A stretch of DNA of 32,015 bases from Candidatus Aenigmatarchaeota archaeon. Its GTDB lineage: Archaea > Aenigmatarchaeota > Aenigmatarchaeia > QMZP01. The notes under the pieces are model-generated. The model searched no databases. It was not told the origin of the DNA and saw nothing but the letters and a program-made list of their open reading frames with translations. Location of the stretch: positions 998,273 through 1,030,287 of the forward strand of contig CP070801.1 of assembly GCA_020343575.1 (NCBI GenBank), read 5' to 3'. Each line of letters opens with the position of its first letter. Positions within the stretch are counted from its first letter, which is position 1. Shown here one piece after another: positions 16,125 to 25,157 of this stretch. The translations under genes were made by a program, and so were the position numbers.

Positions 16125-19044
16125 CTCCTCCCATTACCTTCAGTAGTTTTGAAAGCTGTACTCTGCCCTGTGCAAGCTCCTTGTTTCCTCCGCCTGATCC
16201 TCCTGATTTCTCACATATCTCTCTTATAAGCTTGCTCATGTCCCTTGTCTTGCTCATGCCTATTATATTCCCGGCTTCATTTGAGAGTATAACTGTTAAT
16301 TCCGGATTCATGGTAAGTAGTTCATTTGCGATTTCTATGAGCTCTTTTCTGTCCCCGCTTATGACCTCGAAAACTCTATCCTTCTTTGCTTTTAAAAGCA
16401 GCTCTTTCGCTTTGTCCCTTGCGACCTCATTCCTTAGGCTTTCAATCTTCTTCTTCTGATCCTTCCAGAAATTGAATACTGTTTTTGAGAGATCTTCAAA
16501 CGTATTCACAGATCTCAGTTTCTCCTCAAGGATTTCCTTCAATTCCATCCTCTCCTCTGGAATCTGGAGCTGCTTCTTTAGTTCTTTTAACTTTGAGTGG
16601 TCTTCCTTGATTTCTCTGAAAAACCTCTCAATGGTTTTTGGCAGTTGTCTCGTCTCTATTGAAAAAATCCTCGATGCCTTCTCAAGCTCCTTGTGAACAT
16701 CTGTTTCCTTGCCCATGATATCGCTTATACTTTCTTGAAGACCAAGGTTTTCCAAAACTTTAAAGGTCTCTCTCGCTATCCTCTCTTGTCCATGGATGAA
16801 TTCATACGCCTTTTTACCTGAAGTGAATTCTATTCTGTTGACTCCATCCTTGATTCTCTCTGTTCTTATAATCTTTATAATCTCTGCCTCTCCTGTCTTA
16901 TCTAGGTGCATACCACCACACGCCTCTGCATCAAAACCATGGCCTATGTTTATCACTCTTACCATCTTTCCTGGAGAGGCGCCTCCTTGATAGAGAACAA
17001 AACCGTATTTCTTCTCTGCAATGTTCCTTGGTAGGAATTCCTTGTCAACGATGAAGTTTCTCTTAACAGTATCATTCGCAATCTTTTCTATCTTCTCTAT
17101 CTCCTCATCAGTGAAGCCCTTGTAATGGGTCAGGTCAATCCTCGATGAATCCAGTCCCTTTTGTGCGCCTGCCTGCCATACATGTGAACCAACAATCTTT
17201 CTAGCAGCTCCTGCAACTATGTGGGTAGTTGTGTGCATCTTCATTAACTGGTGTCTTCTCTCCCAGTCTATTCTCCCTCTCACACTCTGGTTCTTCTTCA
17301 CCCCGCCTGCTTTTCCAATATTATGTACGACAACGTTTCCTATCTTCTGGACATCCTTCACTTTGAACTCCTTGTCTCCTATTGTTAGCATTCCAACATC
17401 GGTTGGTTGTCCACCACCCTCTGGATAGAACAGGGTTTTGTCAAGGATTACCCATACATCGCTCCCTGATCTGACTGTTTTCAGGATCTTTGCTTTGAAG
17501 TCCCTCTTGTAGGGTTCATTGTAGTAAAGGGGTTTTGTTCTGGGTATTCCGGTGACATCAACCCATATCCTTTTCTTCTCAACCTCCTTCTCCCCTACCA
17601 TATGCTGCTCTGTTATTTTCACGTAGAAATCCTCTGGTATGTCAATCTTGATCTTCTTTTCCCTCGCAACTTTCTCAACAAGCTCTGGGGATATTCCATG
17701 GGATATGTAGAACTTTATCAGGGTTTTTTCATCCACCTTGCCCCTCTCAAACTCCCTCTTTATGAGCAGTCCTGCCTTCTCCATTGTTTTTTCATACCTT
17801 TCCCTTTCTAGGGCAAGGATTTTTGTGAACGTGTCAATCCCATTCGTAATCTCGGGGAACATTGGATGTAGGTGTTTGGCATGCAGTCCAGCTATCTTCT
17901 CAAGCTCCATATCAAACTCGAACTCCTTTAGGAAGGACAAGGCCCTCCTGAGCAGTACCCTTAGATTGTAGCCGCCTCCAACATTCGAAGGGATTCCACC
18001 ATCTGTTATTGCGAAGAGAAGGGTTTTCACATGATCCACTGTTGCATAAATTGCCTGCATGGGTTCCACAACTTCGTTAAGGGTTGCGACATTCACACCG
18101 AGTCTCCTTGCTATGTTGTTCCTGATTTTTTTCATATCATGCGTCTGGTCAAAATCCAATCCTCCGGAAAGGATAGAGTATCTGTCAAAGAGTTCTGAGT
18201 CCTTAAGCCCGATCCTCTTCTTTGCCCATTTGACAACAGGACCGAAAACTGCATCATATCCTGTGGGGGTTCCCTGTGTAAACCATACAAGTCTCTCGTG
18301 TCCCCAACCCACATCCACGACCCTTTTCGGGAGTTCTTTCCATTTGTTTCCAACCTTGGTGAACTGCATGAACACGGAGTTAACGAGCTCCAGGCCTCTG
18401 GAGTAGGTTTCTATACATGGACCAAATGCAGAGAAGTCAGGCATTGTCCAGATATCCTCAACGTAGAATATCTCTTTTTCTGGGATTCCCATATCCTTGT
18501 TCAGAAAATTGAAATTCAGTTCGATACATCTATCCTTACAGTATTTCCCAAAAGAATGCTGCCCAGGCATTATAAAGGATGTATGATGACGTCCTGTTAT
18601 GCCTACATTTGGTATGTCATTGAACCTCAGGCACATTTGCGGAACTATCAGCGGATCTGCTGGGTATTCGAAAACAATGTTTCCCTGGTCTATTCTCTGG
18701 AAGTCCTGAATGGATGCAATAGTGAAGAAGAGGTCAGGTCTCCACCTGTCTATTACAGGATACCTAGGAATAGGGGTATGACCTTCCTTCTTGAAGAACC
18801 TCTCGAAATGTTTCCAGGTCCCTATGTAATCCAATTTTCGTTTTGTTATGGGATTCCATATGAATCCGTAATTCTCACATGGCGGATCTGGACAGGTTTT
18901 TCTCTTCTCATTCAGGGTCCAGAAATGCTTCCCACATTTATGGCAGGTTTTTCTATGAAACCCAACATCCTTGAAGAGTTTGACTTGGTAATGCTTCTTC
19001 CAGTCTCTTGCAAAATCCTTCCTCAGGGATTCTTTTGTGAACAT
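16117..19044 (-). CDS. alaS: Alanyl-tRNA synthetase, archaeal type.
   Basis: 975 aa. It has the archaeal N-terminal Zn motif (KTCHKCGKHFW...CPDPPCENYGF), the editing-domain HTTTH...CGGMH motifs, and a C-terminal DHHA1-like GGSGGG region. Confidence 0.95.
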   Translation of the reverse strand: MFTKESLRKDFARDWKKHYQVKLFKDVGFHRKTCHKCGKHFWTLNEKRKTCPDPPCENYGFIWNPITKRKLDYIGTWKHFERFFKKEGHTPIPRYPVIDRWRPDLFFTIASIQDFQRIDQGNIVFEYPADPLIVPQMCLRFNDIPNVGITGRHHTSFIMPGQHSFGKYCKDRCIELNFNFLNKDMGIPEKEIFYVEDIWTMPDFSAFGPCIETYSRGLELVNSVFMQFTKVGNKWKELPKRVVDVGWGHERLVWFTQGTPTGYDAVFGPVVKWAKKRIGLKDSELFDRYSILSGGLDFDQTHDMKKIRNNIARRLGVNVATLNEVVEPMQAIYATVDHVKTLLFAITDGGIPSNVGGGYNLRVLLRRALSFLKEFEFDMELEKIAGLHAKHLHPMFPEITNGIDTFTKILALERERYEKTMEKAGLLIKREFERGKVDEKTLIKFYISHGISPELVEKVAREKKIKIDIPEDFYVKITEQHMVGEKEVEKKRIWVDVTGIPRTKPLYYNEPYKRDFKAKILKTVRSGSDVWVILDKTLFYPEGGGQPTDVGMLTIGDKEFKVKDVQKIGNVVVHNIGKAGGVKKNQSVRGRIDWERRHQLMKMHTTTHIVAGAARKIVGSHVWQAGAQKGLDSSRIDLTHYKGFTDEEIEKIEKIANDTVKRNFIVDKEFLPRNIAEKKYGFVLYQGGASPGKMVRVINIGHGFDAEACGGMHLDKTGEAEIIKIIRTERIKDGVNRIEFTSGKKAYEFIHGQERIARETFKVLENLGLQESISDIMGKETDVHKELEKASRIFSIETRQLPKTIERFFREIKEDHSKLKELKKQLQIPEERMELKEILEEKLRSVNTFEDLSKTVFNFWKDQKKKIESLRNEVARDKAKELLLKAKKDRVFEVISGDRKELIEIANELLTMNPELTVILSNEAGNIIGMSKTRDMSKLIREICEKSGGSGGGNKELAQGRVQLSKLLKVMGGVR

Positions 19045-19083
19045 AAAACCGCCTTGGGATTATACATTACCAGTTATTAATAA

Positions 19084-19094
19084 TTATATATAAT
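19084..19094 (+). promoter_or_regulatory. TATA-box-like element (TTATATATAAT) centred about 25 nt upstream of the 19114 ATG.
   Basis: Seen directly in the alaS / 19114 divergent intergenic region. Confidence 0.4.
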
Positions 19095-19113
19095 TGTATA
19101 ACAATATTATAAT

Positions 19114-20988
19114 ATGCGGGGTCAGGCAAGCTTTATATTAATAATCGGGGTTCTGCTTGTTATCGCAATTGTTATTTATTATGCATATCAGGGATTTGCT
19201 CCACCACCTGTTGTTGGAGAAGAACAAAGGATGGTTCAGGAGATGATTGAAAGCATAATAACAAGTGGCACAGAACTTTCTCTGAAAGCAATAGAACTAC
19301 AGGGAGGTTACGTGATACCACCTAATCAGAGTCTTTTATTTACAAACATAGGAGTTCCCTACTGGCAGATATGTCAAAATGATGTATCCCCCAATTTTGA
19401 TGATGTTAAGGAGAGGTTCGAGAAAGGGATAGAGTTTTACGTTAACAATCATACAAAGGATATCGAGGATTTCTTTGGGGAAAACCTTTCACTAAGCAGT
19501 GTTTCCAGAGTTGATGTGAACATACTGGATAACAAAATAGACGTGGCTGTTTACATGCCAACCGAATTCCGGGGCTATCCCATAAGGCAACCCTATAGGA
19601 TATCTGTTCCCACCAAGTTCAGGTATTTGTTTAATTTTGCAAAGGATATTGTAACAGAGATAAACAAAGATCCAACACAGGGTGGTAGATTCTTTGAAGT
19701 ATTTACCGTTGCGTCTCTTTACCGTTCCAGATATCTGCCCACAATTGGTTTTCTGACAGAGTGTGGGGAACCCTTACGACTTACCCCTCAACAGGTTTCA
19801 CATGGACTGTATGGCATTATTACTTACACAATAACACACTTTCTCTGGTGGCAGGAAATTGTGCCTAATTCACTGACTTATGCAGTGAATGATGTAAATG
19901 GTAAGCAATATTTAGATTTAGAGCCAATGTTATTCTTGCCACAGGGATTTGAGATTGCTTCATCCAGTGGTATTAACATCCAAAATAGACAATTTATAGC
20001 CAGTTTTCCTTCAATCCCATACTGCTATACCACTTACAACATAAAGTATTCTGTTGCTTACCCAATTGTTATAAAGATCACTGATTCTGAAACTGGCTAT
20101 GATTTCAATTTCGCTGTTTACGTTAATGTGGATGAGATGGAACCTGGTGATTGTGATGCCATAATCACAATACCGGGTCAGGAGACGTGCACAGACCTGC
20201 CATGTTCAGCAAGTATAAGGGTTGTTGATTGTAATGGGATACCCTTGAGTGGAGCGACTGCATACTTCGGTGACTGTCTTGTAGGTACATCAGATTCGAA
20301 TGGTTATATTAATGGAGAAATATTATGCGGCACATACCTGTTAGATATCTATCATAGTGGAGACTATGGTTATTATTCTAAGACTGTCTCTTCCACAAAC
20401 ATAGACGGAACTTATACTCTCTGCAAAAAACCAGATTTTGCTGCCTACTTTAATGAGGTAGAGATATTGTATTGGGGCTACGATGAGTATAATACTTATT
20501 TATCATGCTATCCGTGTGCAGAACCACTGGATTGTCCTGATACCTTTACTTGGCAGTCAACTGATTGTACTTCAAGTGCTGTTAGTGACAGGTGTGTAAT
20601 GATAACATTGACCTCAGCTCAAACAGGAATATCATATCCTATACACAATATTGACTATGAAAATATTCCAATAGAAGAGTGTTTGGATCGAAATTATTTT
20701 GAGGCTCATCCAGTAGAGTGTTCGGGGTGTACCCTGCACAGAGTTGATATGGATAACATACCTGCTGGCACATACGATGTGGTTGCAGAACTCAAGAACC
20801 CTGCAGATAATAAACATGTGGGATACTTTGAGTTGGATGATTTCAATCTACTTGAAAACACTAAAAATTTGTACATAAGCATACCAAAGTTTGGTAACTC
20901 TACACGTCAACCAGATCCTTGGCAAAAACAGTGTGTTGTAGATAAGGTGAAAGCCTGTCCTAGTATAGAACTTATGAGGCAAACATGA
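19114..20988 (+). CDS. Secreted Cys-rich protein with an archaeal class-III (type IV pilin-like) signal peptide; contains a carboxypeptidase-regulatory-like beta domain.
   Basis: The N-terminus MRGQASFILIIGVLLVIAIVIYY matches a short basic leader, an RG|Q cleavage context and a hydrophobic helix. Later, IRVVDCNGIPLSGATAYFGDCLVGTSDSNGYINGEILCGTYLLDIY resembles CarboxypepD_reg. There are many Cys in the C-terminal half. Confidence 0.8.
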   Translation: MRGQASFILIIGVLLVIAIVIYYAYQGFAPPPVVGEEQRMVQEMIESIITSGTELSLKAIELQGGYVIPPNQSLLFTNIGVPYWQICQNDVSPNFDDVKERFEKGIEFYVNNHTKDIEDFFGENLSLSSVSRVDVNILDNKIDVAVYMPTEFRGYPIRQPYRISVPTKFRYLFNFAKDIVTEINKDPTQGGRFFEVFTVASLYRSRYLPTIGFLTECGEPLRLTPQQVSHGLYGIITYTITHFLWWQEIVPNSLTYAVNDVNGKQYLDLEPMLFLPQGFEIASSSGINIQNRQFIASFPSIPYCYTTYNIKYSVAYPIVIKITDSETGYDFNFAVYVNVDEMEPGDCDAIITIPGQETCTDLPCSASIRVVDCNGIPLSGATAYFGDCLVGTSDSNGYINGEILCGTYLLDIYHSGDYGYYSKTVSSTNIDGTYTLCKKPDFAAYFNEVEILYWGYDEYNTYLSCYPCAEPLDCPDTFTWQSTDCTSSAVSDRCVMITLTSAQTGISYPIHNIDYENIPIEECLDRNYFEAHPVECSGCTLHRVDMDNIPAGTYDVVAELKNPADNKHVGYFELDDFNLLENTKNLYISIPKFGNSTRQPDPWQKQCVVDKVKACPSIELMRQT

Positions 20989-23900
20989 ACTACAAAAACG
21001 TATTCATGGGTGTATTTGCAATATTGGCAGCGACATTAATATTCGATCTTCCTGTTGTTGGTGCTACACAGATCAACATCTATTATGATGTCGGTGGTGG
21101 TACTTACATCAAACAGGATGATGTTACCATAGAGCCTGAAAATCTCATTGACAAAACTGTATCAGTTCAGAGTATAGGCGCTTCTTGGATTAATGTAAAG
21201 GTCATTATAAACATCACCAACGGGGGCATGGGTGATCTGGAGAGTGTTCATATATACAAATGTAAGGATCTTTCCCCAAGCGATTGTGTAGAAACAGAGA
21301 CACCAGATATGTACAGTATTGTCAATAATGATCTAGATCTAGTAATGCTCTGGGGCGATGTGTCCCAGATTATAATATCATGCTCGTCCAACCCGGGCTC
21401 CTGCCTTGAGATTGCGAACCTTTTCTTCCTTTTCAAAGTAAATGATAATGGAAAAACCGTTTGGGTTGGCATCTGGAACAAGATAGAAAGAAGGACTTAT
21501 GATTTTGCTTCACCATATCTCTTTGAGTACAGCCTTGATGAGATAGACTTATATGCACAAGCTGGTTTTGCGGTACCTGTGAAGGAATTCATTCAGACAT
21601 ATCTGACAATACCATTCAATCCTGCCTGGGTTTCGGCTGCAATTTTCAAGGGGGCAGACTCCCTTTATGAGCTCAGTATCGCCTCTTCAGGACTCCAGCA
21701 ATCATCTCCGAATTTCTATACACAGGACCACACCAATGACACTGTTCATAGTATAACAAGAGACTATTCCTTTATATTCTCAGAGGCTAGCCAGGACATA
21801 TTCAATCCCACAACCCTGAGACTGAACCCAAGTTTTTTCTGTGGGCAGTATGGGTGCGAAACAGAACTTGGAGAAACCTCTGCTAACTGTTGCTATGATT
21901 GTCCTTGCTCTGAAGGCTACTATTGTGATGGTGGAACTGAAGGCATATGCAAACTGGAAAGCTTGATATCCCTGAGTCTATATGAACCACCAAACACAAC
22001 GATCACAAACTGTAATGAACAGCATGTGATTAATGTAACAGTAGAAGTGGGTTATGCTCCTTCAGACACGGAGTTGACCAGAAGTGAATACAAACTGAAT
22101 GAGACGGTATATTCAACACAATGTGAAGAGATACTTTCTAATGTTTACCGCTGTCCTATAACCATTCCTCCAATACCAGGCTGCCAAGAAGGGGAGTATG
22201 CGATTGGTCCAAATTATCTGAACTTTACCATAAGCTATACAGATGGTCCCAACGCGAAAAGTAAGGACCTGGTTCTTCAGTTCCCTGACATAACCGTGGG
22301 TTCCTTTACATGTGGTCAAGATGGTTGTGAATCGGAACTAGGAGAGAACTCCAATAACTGCTGTTATGATTGTGGGTGTCCGAATGGTTACTGTGATATA
22401 GAGAATGGTGCACAACCAAACACAGGAACCTGCAGACAAGACATAACTGTTAATAATCTCCAGATAACAGCAAACCCAACTCATTTCTACTCACACAACA
22501 ACATATCTGGTGATAGGGTAGATATTGTATTGCAGATAACTGATGCGCCTTTGAGTCTGGAGATAACTAGTAGCTCGTGTGAAATGGATTGCCTGAATAA
22601 CTGCTCTGTTTCATGTGGTGTTTCATGTTCAGAGATATCATCCTCTGACCCGAACATCTTCAATGCGAGCTGCCTACTGACCTTTTTGATAAGCGATTAC
22701 AACAAAACAATAGATTATTCTCTGTTCCCAACCATGAATATATCCGTAATCTACACCAATGGTTCGTCTGGTGACGTGAACAAAACCTTTAGCAAGCTTT
22801 TCAGTACCATTTCAGTTGGTTCCAGTTGGTGTGGGGATGGGGTGTGTGCACCTGATGAAAACCAATTAAACTGTTGTTATGACTGTGGGTGTCCAGAAGG
22901 ATATTATTGCGATACTGCCAACAGTGCTGCGCCAACTGCAGGGGATTCGTGTAAATCAGAAGAGGGTATTAGGTTAGTTGTGGATGGTGTGGAAGTAACC
23001 ACATTTGACTATTCTGATATGTCCCATTACACCGTCCTTATGGCGCATGTAGAGAATGCACCAAGTAGCCTCAATGGTTCAACTTCATGCATGTTCGGTG
23101 ATGGTAGTAGCCTGTACTGTAACATGGTATGTGAACGCTTCGGGACTGACCCTAGTTCCCACATACTTCAATGTAACTTATCTATTCCTGTGATAGACTA
23201 CAAAACATCTCCATTCTACAACCCAAGCACAAAGCAGATAGTCATTGGCCCCAACACCATGAACTACTCTGTGACCTTCAACAACGGATCTGGTTTGATA
23301 AGCAAGGAGCTAAGTGATGGTTTCTCAAATATTGTCATAAACGTTAAGCCGAGGTGCGGAACTGGTGCTGGATACCTGGGATTCGAGACTGAACGCTGCA
23401 TGCCCTACAACAGGACACTGGCATGTGAGACTGATTTGGGTGAAAGCTCTGCAACATGCTGTTGTGATTGTCCGTGTACTAGTGGCCAGTATTGTGATAT
23501 AAATGCTAACGGTGGTCGTGGAAGATGTATATCAGTTGCTGAAATCCATCTTGTGACAGATGAATTTGATCCACAGCCCTTAGAATGTGAGATTAATCCG
23601 ACGAGAGATTTTTGTGTATTTTATGAGCAGATGGATATTGATTTGCATATAGAGCCTACAGCAAACTACAGCTTTGTTTCTGCATCTTATGAGATGGGTG
23701 GAGAAAAACGTGAGTTATGGAGTTGCATACCTGGGTCTGATAACTCTCCATGGAATAAATATAACTGCTCAATTGTGATGGCGCCGATAGAATCTGAAAC
23801 GGATATATATGAAGGTACGATCACAAAGGATATTGAAATATCTGTAGAGATTGAATCCACCGGTTTGCTTCACACAACAGTTACAGACACAGGCAACTTC

Positions 23901-24785
23901 CAGATAAAGAAGGTGGATTCGAAGGCATTGGAGACGTTGGAGGAGCAGTTAGAAAATCTTGAAGCTGATAAAAGTAGCTGGAAAACACTCAGAGATATTA
24001 TAATAGCTGTTCTTGTAATTCTTGCTCTTTGGTGTCTATGTACATGCATACCAATATGTGAGGGTTCTCCATGTTGTCCATGGCCTAGTTGTTCAGATTG
24101 TTGGGGCATCTATTCATGTATCGTAGCGGCTGTAATGCCGTTCTTGATATCTATCATCAATAAGATTAACGAGATTGAAAACCAGATAATGGCCATAAAT
24201 GCTGCACAAAATCCTGAAGAACTTTATGTAGCAGAACAAGGTACAGCAACCTTGGTGTTAGGTATAATTGGTGCTATAGCAGCAATATATTGTGCATTTT
24301 ACATTGGTGGTGGTGGGTTTGGAAAAAAGGATGTGAGTACAAACTCTTCTTCTACTTATAGTAAAATGTTCAGTTTAGGTTCCCAAGCATTAAATACCTT
24401 TAGCCTTAGTCCGTTTAGTGGTTCAGAATGCTATGCAGATTATGATTGTACTCTTAAGCATGGTTTTGGGTGGTACTGTTGCGAGACTGCGTCTGGTTTC
24501 ACGTGTTTGAATATCCAATGTTCTCAAGCCCAACAAGAAGGTTATGGAAATGGATGGGGTAATGGCAACAATGGTGATAATGGTGGATATTATGGAAATG
24601 GTGATAAAAAGAAAACATGTGGTCAACTTGAAAAGGAAAAGAATGTAAAGCCTGCATGTCACTGTTGTAACGATGATGGTTATGATACCGGTGCTTCTTG
24701 TAGTGGGAATAAAAAACCTGGCGACAAATGTGGCTTGGGTAATACCCGTGGTAAATGTAAAGAGGGGATGTGTAAACACTCATAG
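20985..24785 (+). CDS. 1266-aa Cys-rich surface/membrane protein: Sec-type signal, four [8-Cys module + beta domain] repeats, a coiled coil, about 3 hydrophobic segments with a Cys cluster, and a Gly/Asn/Tyr-rich, Cys-rich C-terminal tail.
   Basis: The ATG overlaps the upstream TGA (ATGA at 20985-20988), with GAGG 5 nt upstream. Signal FMGVFAILAATLIFDLPVVGA. The repeats are listed separately. Confidence 0.85.
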   Translation: MNYKNVFMGVFAILAATLIFDLPVVGATQINIYYDVGGGTYIKQDDVTIEPENLIDKTVSVQSIGASWINVKVIINITNGGMGDLESVHIYKCKDLSPSDCVETETPDMYSIVNNDLDLVMLWGDVSQIIISCSSNPGSCLEIANLFFLFKVNDNGKTVWVGIWNKIERRTYDFASPYLFEYSLDEIDLYAQAGFAVPVKEFIQTYLTIPFNPAWVSAAIFKGADSLYELSIASSGLQQSSPNFYTQDHTNDTVHSITRDYSFIFSEASQDIFNPTTLRLNPSFFCGQYGCETELGETSANCCYDCPCSEGYYCDGGTEGICKLESLISLSLYEPPNTTITNCNEQHVINVTVEVGYAPSDTELTRSEYKLNETVYSTQCEEILSNVYRCPITIPPIPGCQEGEYAIGPNYLNFTISYTDGPNAKSKDLVLQFPDITVGSFTCGQDGCESELGENSNNCCYDCGCPNGYCDIENGAQPNTGTCRQDITVNNLQITANPTHFYSHNNISGDRVDIVLQITDAPLSLEITSSSCEMDCLNNCSVSCGVSCSEISSSDPNIFNASCLLTFLISDYNKTIDYSLFPTMNISVIYTNGSSGDVNKTFSKLFSTISVGSSWCGDGVCAPDENQLNCCYDCGCPEGYYCDTANSAAPTAGDSCKSEEGIRLVVDGVEVTTFDYSDMSHYTVLMAHVENAPSSLNGSTSCMFGDGSSLYCNMVCERFGTDPSSHILQCNLSIPVIDYKTSPFYNPSTKQIVIGPNTMNYSVTFNNGSGLISKELSDGFSNIVINVKPRCGTGAGYLGFETERCMPYNRTLACETDLGESSATCCCDCPCTSGQYCDINANGGRGRCISVAEIHLVTDEFDPQPLECEINPTRDFCVFYEQMDIDLHIEPTANYSFVSASYEMGGEKRELWSCIPGSDNSPWNKYNCSIVMAPIESETDIYEGTITKDIEISVEIESTGLLHTTVTDTGNFQIKKVDSKALETLEEQLENLEADKSSWKTLRDIIIAVLVILALWCLCTCIPICEGSPCCPWPSCSDCWGIYSCIVAAVMPFLISIINKINEIENQIMAINAAQNPEELYVAEQGTATLVLGIIGAIAAIYCAFYIGGGGFGKKDVSTNSSSTYSKMFSLGSQALNTFSLSPFSGSECYADYDCTLKHGFGWYCCETASGFTCLNIQCSQAQQEGYGNGWGNGNNGDNGGYYGNGDKKKTCGQLEKEKNVKPACHCCNDDGYDTGASCSGNKKPGDKCGLGNTRGKCKEGMCKHS
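21840..21950 (+). repeat. Cys-rich module 1 (protein-level repeat): CGQYGCETELGETSANCCYDCPCSEGYYCDGGTEGICK.
   Basis: Shared pattern CG-x2-G-C-E-x-E-L-G-E-x-S-x-N-CC-Y-D-C-x-C-x2-G-Y-(Y)-C-D-x(5-11)-C, aligned by eye with modules 2-4. Confidence 0.8.
22311..22436 (+). repeat. Cys-rich module 2: CGQDGCESELGENSNNCCYDCGCPNGYCDIENGAQPNTGTCR.
   Basis: Same Cys spacing as module 1. Confidence 0.8.
22830..22955 (+). repeat. Cys-rich module 3: CGDGVCAPDENQLNCCYDCGCPEGYYCDTANSAAPTAGDSCK.
   Basis: Same Cys spacing as module 1. Confidence 0.8.
23424..23531 (+). repeat. Cys-rich module 4 (N-terminally diverged): CETDLGESSATCCCDCPCTSGQYCDINANGGRGRCI.
   Basis: It retains the E-x-(E/D)-L-G-E-x-S-x-x-CC-x-D-C-x-C-x2-G-x-Y-C-D core. 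Confidence 0.7.
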
Positions 24786-24832
24786 ATGTAAAGAAGGGTT
24801 TTGAGGGATATCAAGTTCTATATTTCTACAAT

Positions 24833-25141
24833 TTACCCGAACAGACTTGACAATCCCTCTGCTGCTTCCTCTGCTTTCTTTTCTGGTTTTTCCTCTTTCT
24901 TCTTCTCTTTTTTTTTCTCTTCTGGCTTCTCTGCTGGAGCTTGTGCAGGCGCGGCAGTAGCTGCGGAAACAGTCTGTTTTATTGCCTCATCTATGTTGAC
25001 ACCTTCAAGGCTCGATACCAAGGCTTTCACTTTCGCGGCTTCGGTCTTTGCGCCAGCGGCATCAAGCACCTTCTTTATTCCTGCCTCATCTATCTTCTTT
25101 CCAGCTGAGTGCAAGAGTAGTGCTGCATATACAGTTTCCAT
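24833..25141 (-). CDS. rpl12: Ribosomal stalk protein P1 (archaeal L12).
   Basis: [19 protein letters not shown]..., an Ala/Pro hinge, an EK-rich linker and the canonical C-terminus [19 protein letters not shown] lies upstream of the ATG. Confidence 0.95.
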   Translation of the reverse strand: METVYAALLLHSAGKKIDEAGIKKVLDAAGAKTEAAKVKALVSSLEGVNIDEAIKQTVSAATAAPAQAPAEKPEEKKKEKKKEEKPEKKAEEAAEGLSSLFG

Positions 25142-25157
25142 TCAAACACCTCCATGA

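Noticed and set aside
18298-19080. 260-aa plus-strand ORF and other ORFs inside 16112-19080
   Set aside because: All are antisense to, or out of frame with, the 975-aa alaS frame, which has full-length AlaRS motifs.
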